Part shown: piece after piece, positions 1 to 9,200 of the stretch
Numbering within the stretch: the stretch's first letter is position 1
How the letters are laid out: the number at the start of each line of letters is the position of its first letter
IMG/VR virus record: IMGVR_UViG_3300012346_000561
Coordinates: 78,358-142,357 of that record
Direction: 5' to 3' (one strand)
Length of the DNA stretch: 64,000 bases
Source of the DNA: a virus
Lineage: Duplodnaviria > Heunggongvirae > Uroviricota > Caudoviricetes
Translations under genes and position numbers: made by a program
The notes under the pieces: model-generated
The model's database searches: none
What the model saw: the letters and a program-made list of their open reading frames with translations, nothing else
What the model was told of the DNA's origin: nothing

Positions 1-438
1 TCATAAAAAATCTTTTCTAAAATATCTTCCTTCTATATTATCGTTTATGTAGTTGGAATCTGGTTCTATTACTCCTTTTATAAATAGGAATTTGTTTTCA
101 TAGTATGTATGGAGTTTTTTGTTTGCAGTAAAGGTAAGAATTTCTCTTGAAAATTCCGACTGTTTACCTTCTTTTATTAACCCTTTTATTTCTGAGTGGG
201 AACCATAATAGGTTTTCCAATCAGATTCTTTCTTTACTATCTTATACGTCTTAGCTCTCTTATCTGTTAATAGAGCTAATTCCTTTTTACCTAAAGGTTT
301 TTTTGTAACAGAAATTAACTGCTTCTTTCCTAAGTACTTTCTACCGGTTGGTATATGTGTTACTTCATAAATAAACCCGAAGATGTCTTCGGGCATATCT
401 GTTAGTTCTTTGATTTCTTTATTTTGATATAACCACAT
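1..438 (-). CDS. GIY-YIG homing endonuclease (C-terminus runs off window edge)
   Basis: ATG at 436-438; N-terminal GIY-YIG module FGFIYEV..(10)..GRKYLGKK; ORF continues past coordinate 1. Confidence 0.55.
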   Translation of the reverse strand: MWLYQNKEIKELTDMPEDIFGFIYEVTHIPTGRKYLGKKQLISVTKKPLGKKELALLTDKRAKTYKIVKKESDWKTYYGSHSEIKGLIKEGKQSEFSREILTFTANKKLHTYYENKFLFIKGVIEPDSNYINDNIEGRYFRKDFL

Positions 439-449
439 TTTTTATTGTT

Positions 450-743
450 TTAGATGACTGCTTGTATGTTTGCTAGTTGCTGAGATGTTAGTGCTTGTGT
501 GAACCAAGTTTTGTTTAACATTATTTGTAAATGCTGTACATTTCTTGCAATAGCATCTTGCTGTTCCTGTGTAGGAGTTTGTTCGTTTTGCAGCCTAGTT
601 AATAGTGCTACACAATCCAACGCTCCTACAACTGCAGCAGCTATTTGCTGTTCTGTAAAATCTTCTGTAGGTTGTTGTGGCTGTTGTATTTGTGGTGATA
701 CTAACAACTGTTCGTTTACTTGTATGTCTATTGTTGGTTCCAT
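450..743 (-). CDS. hypothetical Gln-rich protein
   Basis: 97-aa ORF, tight spacing with neighbours, same strand as all genes. Confidence 0.35.
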   Translation of the reverse strand: MEPTIDIQVNEQLLVSPQIQQPQQPTEDFTEQQIAAAVVGALDCVALLTRLQNEQTPTQEQQDAIARNVQHLQIMLNKTWFTQALTSQQLANIQAVI

Positions 744-753
744 GTCTTATATA

Positions 754-2457
754 TTAATTACCTAATGGTTTCCATGCACTGTTTAAGTAGCAGTATATTT
801 GTTGATCTGCTCCCGATCCTGATACTATTATCATTCCGTTAGCTGGGGATGCAGGTGTTGTTGATCTTGGGGTTATTTGTAATATGTCATCTATAGTAAC
901 GTATCCTTCAGCAAAGTCTCCTGTTATAAGGGTTCCTGCTCCTGTTGCTATATATAGTTTATTATCCTCTTCTGTGTTTGAGCTTGGTCCTGCTCCAAAT
1001 CCTACGTATACGTTGTTTGTAGAATCTCCTGTCGCATACTTACCTGCCTCAAACCCTATAGCTGTATTTGTTGTACCTGTAGTAACGTTTACTAACGCTT
1101 CAACCCCTATTGCTGTGTTCTTAACTCCTGATATTGTTTGCTGTAAACTGCCTTGTCCTACTGCTGTGTTAAAATATCCTGTTGTGTTGGATTGCAGTGC
1201 ATAATCTCCTACTGCTGTATTGTACCCTGCTGTGTTTGCATATAGTGCCAAATATCCTACTGCTGTATTTCTGCTTCCTGATACGTTGTATCGTAATGTT
1301 TCATTTCCTACAGCTGTATTTCTTGCTCCATCCACTGTGTTGAGCATCGATAAGTATCCTACAGCAACTGTATTGCTTACACCACTTCCCGAGACTAATG
1401 TTTGTGCTCCTATAGCTACGTTAAAGTTACCTAATCCTCTAACTGCAGCATAGTTTCCTACAGCAACATTTTCATTTCCTATAATCATTGGATTGGATAC
1501 ACTTCCACTTCCTAATGTATAAAATCCTATAGATATATTTCCACTTCCCGAAGCTGCATACATGCTAAGTCCTCCTATTGCTATGTTTGTATCTCCTCCT
1601 GTATTTGCTAGAAGTGCTCCGTGTCCTATTGATGTATTATAGTTTCCTGATTGTAGTTTACTTTGCGATTCAAGTCCTACTGCTACATTGTATCCTCCTG
1701 TATTCAGTGTTGGGTTTGTTGATCCTGCTAAAGCATTGTATCCCACTGCAACACTTCCAAAGGTTGAAGTTCTTCGATACATCATACTTGCAAACCCTAC
1801 TGCTGTATTACTGTTATTGGATGTTGATAATGCTGAGCTTCCTGAACCTATTATGGAGTATAGTGAGTAGTGTCCTATTGCTAAGTTTCTGTAGCTATCT
1901 ACATTTTGTTGTAGGGCTGAGTTCCCTATTGCTAAGTTGTCGTATCCGTTTACATTACTCTGTAGAGTACTTACACCTACTGCTAAGTTTCCATATCCTA
2001 TAGTATTGGATAGCAGTGCATTAATACCTACTCCTACGTTTTGGTAACCTGTTGTAGTGCTATTTAACACAGATTGTCCAAATCCTGTATTGTAGTTGGA
2101 TGTTAAATCGTCATTGATTCCAGTACCTGTTCCAAAGTATGTACTAAATCCTAAACTTGGTTGAGATACTCGTCCTAATACCACTAGAGGATATAAACTT
2201 CCTGATAGTGTTAGTGATCCTGTAATATCAACGTTACTTGCTCTTCTAATTGCTCCTCCTGATACATCTGTCCACTTTGATCCTGATGGAAGTGGTATGT
2301 TAACTGGATTCGGTGATGGATCAAAATCTGATGCTGTATAAAATAATGCTAGGTTGTTATCTGTGTATGATGCAGAATAGAAAAGAGATGAGAAATTCTC
2401 ATCTGCTTCTTGATATGTTAATGCTGTACCTTTTACGGTTCTTAAAATAATTGCCAT
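754..2457 (-). CDS. tail fibre protein with ~17-aa NTAVG/NLAIG/NVAVG repeats (YadA-head-like beta repeats)
   Basis: 567 aa; >15 tandem copies of N-[TL]-A-[VI]-G-x-x-[AS]-L-x-x-N-T-x-G motif; repeated at DNA level (cctactgctgtatt...). Confidence 0.6.
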   Translation of the reverse strand: MAIILRTVKGTALTYQEADENFSSLFYSASYTDNNLALFYTASDFDPSPNPVNIPLPSGSKWTDVSGGAIRRASNVDITGSLTLSGSLYPLVVLGRVSQPSLGFSTYFGTGTGINDDLTSNYNTGFGQSVLNSTTTGYQNVGVGINALLSNTIGYGNLAVGVSTLQSNVNGYDNLAIGNSALQQNVDSYRNLAIGHYSLYSIIGSGSSALSTSNNSNTAVGFASMMYRRTSTFGSVAVGYNALAGSTNPTLNTGGYNVAVGLESQSKLQSGNYNTSIGHGALLANTGGDTNIAIGGLSMYAASGSGNISIGFYTLGSGSVSNPMIIGNENVAVGNYAAVRGLGNFNVAIGAQTLVSGSGVSNTVAVGYLSMLNTVDGARNTAVGNETLRYNVSGSRNTAVGYLALYANTAGYNTAVGDYALQSNTTGYFNTAVGQGSLQQTISGVKNTAIGVEALVNVTTGTTNTAIGFEAGKYATGDSTNNVYVGFGAGPSSNTEEDNKLYIATGAGTLITGDFAEGYVTIDDILQITPRSTTPASPANGMIIVSGSGADQQIYCYLNSAWKPLGN

Positions 2458-2461
2458 AGTG

Positions 2462-3361
2462 TTATATGTCTATTTTTATTACAAATGTCATTTCTGTATT
2501 TGCTGATTTTGGAATTGGTTGTCCTACTTTACCTACTGCTATTAATTCGTTTGCATCATTGTAAAGTCCAACTGTTGTTATGTATGGATTAAAATCGCTT
2601 CCTGTTATATTAGCATTTACTTGTCCATTTGTAAATTTTAGGGATGAATTATATACATCTCCTCCGTTGTAGTACCCTTCTTTGTATGAACTTGAAAGAG
2701 CACTTGGGTTGTGTGTAAAGTTAAATTCTGACTCTCTTAATTTACAGTGAACGTTATAGGTATAAATAGGATGACTTGATTCGAAGTACAAGTTTGTAAT
2801 TTGTGTATCGTTGAAGATTTGAATATACTCCTGGTCGGTTATTACTACCATTCCATGTGGGTATATTATATCTCCTACATATCGTCTAGGTGAACTTCCT
2901 GATTGGTATAAGTTACCCTCTCCATCGTCGAATAAGTTGAACTCATTTCCTAGTGATAGGATAAACGTATCATCAGTATAATCGGTAGCCCAGTACGATG
3001 TACTAACGTACAATTCCTCTTGTACACCTACTACCCTTGCATCAAGTTGTGCTCCTGGATTAATGTGGGTTCCGTAAAGATCTCTTGGAATTGATATAAT
3101 GTATGAACCTGTTGTAAGGGCTCTTGATTGTGAAAAGTTTAGTGTTGTCTGATTGTAGTAATCAAAGGAGTGTGAAACTATTTGATCTGATTGCTTGTCT
3201 GGATAGTATAGTTGTTTTAAGCTGTTGAAGTAACTTCCTGTTGCTTTAAAAGTTTCTATTCCATAGGTACTGAAATCACTCCCTGATACTGCCCATGGTT
3301 TGTGGGCAGTATAGGTAGTTAAAAATATATCTTGTTTGTTTAATTTTTTGAACGTACTCAT
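2462..3361 (-). CDS. tail fibre / receptor-binding protein, paralog A
   Basis: 299 aa; shares N-terminus (MS(T)FK-L--QDI) and C-terminal GLYNDxNELxAVGK motif with next gene. Confidence 0.5.
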   Translation of the reverse strand: MSTFKKLNKQDIFLTTYTAHKPWAVSGSDFSTYGIETFKATGSYFNSLKQLYYPDKQSDQIVSHSFDYYNQTTLNFSQSRALTTGSYIISIPRDLYGTHINPGAQLDARVVGVQEELYVSTSYWATDYTDDTFILSLGNEFNLFDDGEGNLYQSGSSPRRYVGDIIYPHGMVVITDQEYIQIFNDTQITNLYFESSHPIYTYNVHCKLRESEFNFTHNPSALSSSYKEGYYNGGDVYNSSLKFTNGQVNANITGSDFNPYITTVGLYNDANELIAVGKVGQPIPKSANTEMTFVIKIDI

Positions 3362-3364
3362 TCA

Positions 3365-4372
3365 TTAATAGTCAAGCTTGATTCTTAGTAGGATTTCTTT
3401 TGTAAAATCTTTTAGTAAAGGTCTTGATAGTTTAGCAACTCCTAAAAGTTCATTGTTATCGTTGTAAAGTCCTAATGTTGTTGGGTATGCTTGTGGAGAG
3501 TTCACCATTATATCATGACGTAATTCTCCTGATCCTGTAATGTTTGAAGGATTTGTAGAATAGTTGAATTCACTGTTTCTAACTCGAACAAATACATAGT
3601 TTGATGAAATGGTTTCTTCTGATCGTAGGGAAAGTGAACCTCCTGCTTTTAACATTTCATACATCAATCCAATGTTACTAGGTGTTGCTGTATCATCAAC
3701 TTCATTTAATATAGCTGATACTCCTCCTCCTGCTGGTGATGCTTTTAAAGCTTCTCCGTTCAATATTACGATACCTACATCTGGTAAAAATTTACCATAA
3801 CTTCCACTTGCTACTGTAAGCCCTGTTCCTCCGTTATAAGACACTCCATCAGATCCACTGATGATGTCATAAACTCTTCCTGAGTCTACATATGATACCG
3901 TTGTGCTTGCTGCACTATTATCTGTCAGTTTTATTGTATTACTTCCACTAGTTAAAGTTAAGTTGAAACTTCCTGGTTTTAGTTTTTCTTTGTATCTTGA
4001 TCTGTTAACTGCTAATACAAATATTGAATTTGGAGTTGTACTTCCAAAAGTAAAGTCAGTATCCTCATCTCCATTTATAAGAGTTCTATATTGTCCGTAT
4101 GTAATTGCAGACGCAGAACTTCCACTAATGTTGCTTATGTTTTCTGATCCTGATCCGTATCTATGTCCATATGCTACTGCAAACTGTACTGCGGCTCCTG
4201 CTGCATTTGAAGCTGTTTGGTATACGTTGTAGTAATACTTTCCTGTAGCTGTTACTTGATCTGATGAGGTAAAGAACGAAGTTAGTCGAGTAACTTGTCC
4301 TGACCAAGCAGGTGCTACTACTGACTCCGCACTTATTGTAATATCTTCTGGGTCTAATCTTTTGAATGACAT
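3365..4372 (-). CDS. tail fibre / receptor-binding protein, paralog B
   Basis: 335 aa; N- and C-terminal similarity to 2462..3361 (…TTLGLYNDNNELLGVAKL…). Confidence 0.5.
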   Translation of the reverse strand: MSFKRLDPEDITISAESVVAPAWSGQVTRLTSFFTSSDQVTATGKYYYNVYQTASNAAGAAVQFAVAYGHRYGSGSENISNISGSSASAITYGQYRTLINGDEDTDFTFGSTTPNSIFVLAVNRSRYKEKLKPGSFNLTLTSGSNTIKLTDNSAASTTVSYVDSGRVYDIISGSDGVSYNGGTGLTVASGSYGKFLPDVGIVILNGEALKASPAGGGVSAILNEVDDTATPSNIGLMYEMLKAGGSLSLRSEETISSNYVFVRVRNSEFNYSTNPSNITGSGELRHDIMVNSPQAYPTTLGLYNDNNELLGVAKLSRPLLKDFTKEILLRIKLDY

Positions 4373-4378
4373 ACGTTA

Positions 4379-5038
4379 TTATTGATTTACTTTTATAATA
4401 GTTACTGGGATTGTAAGTCTTGCTCCTGAATCTCTTCCTATTACAGTTATTGTTGTTTGTAATGTTTCTGTTGTTCCAAACAATGTATTAATTGTTGTTG
4501 CTGTCAAATTGATTGAAGTTCCAATTACAGTTTTAGAAACGTTTGTTCCTAAAGTAGTTGTTGAGTTTAATCTCTCTGCTTCTGTTGTGTTAATCCCTAC
4601 TCCATTGAAAGTATTTAGAACTCTAGCATCTGCGATAGTTGCTGTATATCCTCCTGCTTCAAATGCTTGAGAAGATCCTAAATAGTTTAATGTTTGAGGA
4701 GTAATGGCAAGAGATGCTCCTTGCTTCAATCTAATTGCTGAGAATCCTAAATCTAGAATTGGTAACTTAGCTGTACCTCTTGGTAAAGTTGTAAGTTTAT
4801 ACTTCATGATTTGAGTTTCATCAGGGAATGCTTCCAATAATGGCATAGCCTCAATAGCTTCTCCGAAAAACGCAGATCCAGATGGATGATCAGGATTGTA
4901 TAATGTATAATCAATCTCATCATCTGCTAATGCAAATTGTGTAATTTTAAAAGATCCATCCCCTCTTGCAAGAAGTTCTCTACCTTTTTTTGTTAAAATC
5001 GCATCTACTGTTACGACTGTATTATTTAAGTATCCCAT
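4379..5038 (-). CDS. tail structural protein (hypothetical)
   Basis: 219 aa ORF inside tail module; Thr/Gly-rich. Confidence 0.4.
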   Translation of the reverse strand: MGYLNNTVVTVDAILTKKGRELLARGDGSFKITQFALADDEIDYTLYNPDHPSGSAFFGEAIEAMPLLEAFPDETQIMKYKLTTLPRGTAKLPILDLGFSAIRLKQGASLAITPQTLNYLGSSQAFEAGGYTATIADARVLNTFNGVGINTTEAERLNSTTTLGTNVSKTVIGTSINLTATTINTLFGTTETLQTTITVIGRDSGARLTIPVTIIKVNQ

Positions 5039-5088
5039 TTTAAAATGCTTTTATTAATAAATATATGTTTTTTACTTTTCTAATGCAA

Positions 5089-6198
5089 CTATACTGTTGG
5101 TGGCACACTACCTGATATAATATATCCCGATCTGTCTAAGTGTACAATGTATCCTGTATCCTTTATACGGATCTTACCTCTCTTAACTGGGGATGGCTTG
5201 TTCCCTTCTAACTCGTACAATCTAACTGTTCGTACTCTTGTTAACTCTTTATTGTCAGTTAAAGTTGCAGGTGTAGTGTTATTCCATCCTCTTATTACAG
5301 TTATTATGTAATCTTCTGCTGCAGAATATCTTACCATTGACTGTACTTTTAATATCTCAGAACTATCTTGCACTAGTAATACATCTCCTGGTTTGTATAA
5401 CTTAAATGGTTTATTATTTCCTGTTATAGGCTCTGTTAGTATTGTAGTTGATAATAGGTCTGTTTGTGTTCCTTTTATTGTAAATAGTGTTGGTACATCT
5501 AACGAATATGTAGGATAGGTTGCTAGATCGGTATGAAAATACTCCAAATAAGATCTTTCTGAAATTTCTGTGTTTGTAATTTCCGAGTCCTTTATTGTAA
5601 TTGGATAATATGTTCCTTCAAAACTTGATCCTATAATTGCAGAGTCTATACTTGCGTAATTATCCCTATTTGTTACTGTTCCTGTATATCTACCATTTGT
5701 CCATCCTGTGTCTGAGTATAAACTGTCTTGTATTTGTGCGTATGTAGTAGACGTCGATATTGTTAGGTAGTCTGATTGTCTGTTTTCTTGTGCATTATTT
5801 AGTAGTACGTTGTACTCACTTGTAAAGAAACTTCCATTTCGTAGGTTTGGTAGTAGGACTACTTGTCCATTCTGCATTACCTCATTTGCATTAGGGTCTA
5901 CATAATCATCAGCATCTAATGGTTGCACAGTAAAGAAGTAGTAACTATTCGGAGAAGTTCCTAATAATACTCTGGTTATTATCGATAATTGTATGGACGC
6001 TGCTGTGTCATTATCTATTGGAATTATAAGTGTCTGTACTTGTTGCAACGTGTTTGCTACACTTATCCCATCACTATCAATTAGCGGAACAGTTACTCCC
6101 AGTACTGTCACTGGTGTGTCCTCTGTACACCATACGTTTAAGTTATATGGGTATATATCTGCTATTGCTAAAAATTCTTGCTGTGTTAAATTTGCCAT
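5089..6198 (-). CDS. tail structural protein (hypothetical)
   Basis: 369 aa ORF inside tail module. Confidence 0.4.
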   Translation of the reverse strand: MANLTQQEFLAIADIYPYNLNVWCTEDTPVTVLGVTVPLIDSDGISVANTLQQVQTLIIPIDNDTAASIQLSIITRVLLGTSPNSYYFFTVQPLDADDYVDPNANEVMQNGQVVLLPNLRNGSFFTSEYNVLLNNAQENRQSDYLTISTSTTYAQIQDSLYSDTGWTNGRYTGTVTNRDNYASIDSAIIGSSFEGTYYPITIKDSEITNTEISERSYLEYFHTDLATYPTYSLDVPTLFTIKGTQTDLLSTTILTEPITGNNKPFKLYKPGDVLLVQDSSEILKVQSMVRYSAAEDYIITVIRGWNNTTPATLTDNKELTRVRTVRLYELEGNKPSPVKRGKIRIKDTGYIVHLDRSGYIISGSVPPTV

Positions 6199-6214
6199 TT
6201 TTTATTTTGATATG

Positions 6215-9200
6215 TTATGGTGTCCCATATATACATTGCTCTTGGTAGTTTAATTCTTCTTTGTTGTGTACTAATATTCCATTTGCATAATAAGTATAAT
6301 GCTCTTTTAATTTAAAGTTGTAAACTTTTTCATAAGCTCTATTACCGTCTAACTCCATGTCTACAATTTCTACCTGTAATCCTTCTTGTGTCAACAAGAT
6401 ATCTCCTTTTTCAAGTTTAGAAACTTCTATTGCATGATCCTTCTCTGTAGCAGTTGGTGAGTATGAACTCCATCCTTTATTTACCTCCCAGAATGGATGC
6501 TCTGTTGTAGCTTCTACCACTGTTCCATCACTTAGGGTATATTTTACAATATCGTTTTTAGTAGGAGAAGTTATTGCCAGTACTTCACTAATAATCTCTT
6601 CATTTGTTTTTTCATTATAAGAAAGTACTCTATCTCCAACTTTTATTGCATCTATACGTATTGTTGTTGAGTCCGCAAGAGTGACCAAAGTATCTCCTGT
6701 AAAACAACATACACCTATATTTTCAAAGTCATCTATTATTTCAACTAGTGTAGGCTTCACTGTATATGAAGGTTCACAATCTGGTGATGATTCCAAAGCT
6801 GTTATTTTTATGAATAAGTTTTCTGCCACTATTACCGGATCACCTGTTCCTACATACGGTGTGTTAGCTTCAATTTTGAATAACGCTGTGTTTCCTGTTA
6901 AATTTGCACTTATGCCTGGCTGTGGTACATAGCTGTATGTGTACTTGTACAGATCAGGTCCTGCAAAGTATGGGTAGAATGTACCTGTTACTTGTGTGTC
7001 TCCTGGGTTTATTTCAGGGATGATTAATGGTGTAGCATCAAATTCACTTATTTCTATCCTGTAAGATAGGGTGTCTGGATCTACTCCTTCAAAGTATCTT
7101 GCTAGTCCATAGTTGTATATACTTATTGGTGAAAATAGTAGATTGTTTTCTGTTCCTAGATTCGTCTCCAATGTCCATCTTACAAGTTTTAAATTTTCGA
7201 TTGTTCGTGGTACTACATTACATATTCCTAAACTGATAGCGTAATTAAATATACATGAAATAGGGATCGCAGTGTCTTTTATCGTTATTGTAAAAGTGTC
7301 TCCTAGATTTCCAGTAAAAGTAACGGCTGTTGCACCTGAGATATTTCCATCGTAGATTGCAGGTGTAGGACTGCTGTCATTTACTATTGTTATTTGTACA
7401 TTAGCTAAATCATTCTCAGGTCCTATGGTAAACCACTGAGATATGTTGTACGACTCTCCTGCTTTTATGCTTGTTCTAAAGTTTGTTGAGTTTTGATCTA
7501 AATCACAAATTGCTACTTGTATAACGAACGATGATGTACACTCTTGCGATACTACAGAATCATTTGAAGCTGTGAAGTAGTGCATTGAGTAGTTGTCGTA
7601 GTTGTTTGTTTCAAATGGAAATAGGAAACTACTTGTGCCTTCATTACTACTTGTAATCTCATACGACATATTTGGAGATAATCCTGAGAATAAGTTAGAT
7701 GCAGTCCAGCTTCCTGAGTCTAGGTAAAATGCACCTGCTTGGTAAACTACTCCTTGTTGTTGGTTAGTTGTAATTGGTGCTAAAATACAAACTCCTGAAT
7801 TTGTTAACCATCTGTTAACTACAAATGTGTTAGTAGCAAATGTTGGTGATTTAAAAAAGTTTAAACTGTTTAGATCCTTTAGTGAAACTGTTATACTACT
7901 ATTTTGAAGTTCTCCATCAAAAGTTGCTTGTTGGTGACTGTGATTGTCTACTACTGCTAGTCCTGATGGTATCTGTACTTGCTGTTTGTATGATGCATTT
8001 AAGTCTCCTGCTATTGATTGTGGGTTAGTAGTTACAAACGCTCCTGCATTAGATGCTGATATGAATGCTGTATCTATTGATCCTGTATGTAAAAGCTCTT
8101 CTGCTTCAACTTCAACACTCTTTGCTTTATTTCTTTGTAGGATGTGAGGTTTTACTATTATACCTGTGTCTACAGTAGATCTTGCAGGTATAAAATCTTT
8201 TACCATTTTAAATATGATATTATCAAAAAATTTGATTAATCTCACATAATCCTTAACGTTATAGCTATCTGCCCCACTCATTATTGTACTTAACAATTGT
8301 TGTAGGTCTGAAGTTGTTTCTCCTTGAGAGTTTAAACTGTAGTACTCATCTAAGTATAGATTTCTAGGATCTCCTAGGTAGTCGTCAATATTAAAGGTAG
8401 CTAATGCTGGCGTTGATAGTGATTTAGATATAATGTACTTATCTACGTCGTTGGTTGGTGAAAATCCTACCTCAAGCAAATGCAAGTCATCCGTGTACTT
8501 GTATTCTCTTTTTACTATAGATGTATGCTGAGATAGCGTGTCTCCTGCAACAATGCTTCCTGTGTTATCTATACGAACTTTACTTAATGAGCTTGTATAG
8601 TATTGGTAGTCTCCATAAAAAGGAACTTCATCAATTGAACGTCCTCCATATGTCTTTATTGTTAATATATCTGCAGGGATTCCAAAGCAATTTATCAAAG
8701 CTCTTAATCCTCTTTCAGTTCCTTTTGATTTTAATAATAGAGGAAGATTGTGGTACAATCTCTTGTATACCTCCTTGTTGTATGTATCGAAACTTAACTT
8801 ATCTGCAGGTAGGTTTGTATCGGCTACTGATGCTGTTACGTATGTAGAGATTTCCTCACTGCCTGAGTCATATCCTTGTCCTATAAATGATGCAAATAAT
8901 CCTTCAATTGAATTATTTGTTGTGTACAACTTAACTCCAAAGTTCTTTAATGCTTCTGCAACCAAGTCTTTAGAGATCCCTTTTGTTAGTCTATTATCAG
9001 CATCGTACTTATCTGTTACTGCTTTTGCATATATCCATAGGTTATCAAAATGCTGCCCTACCATGTGGATGAATGTCAAATAATTATCATTATTTGCATC
9101 ATCTCTTAGATATGTTGGTATTGTATTTACTAAAATACTTCCATTCGACACATCGTAACTAGTTGCAATTGATACTTGATTTGCGTACCAATTTATCGCT

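Noticed and set aside
499-2003. Plus-strand ORFs 499..765, 884..1204, 1220..1453, 1578..2003, 1688..1870 (and all other '+' ORFs in the track, e.g. 3609..3800, 5993..6253, 8521..9083, 27056..27397, 53822..54444)
   Set aside because: Each lies entirely inside a longer, better-supported minus-strand gene; compositions (Cys/Leu/Ser-rich, low complexity) are typical of antisense frames of AT-rich repeat DNA; no promoters upstream.
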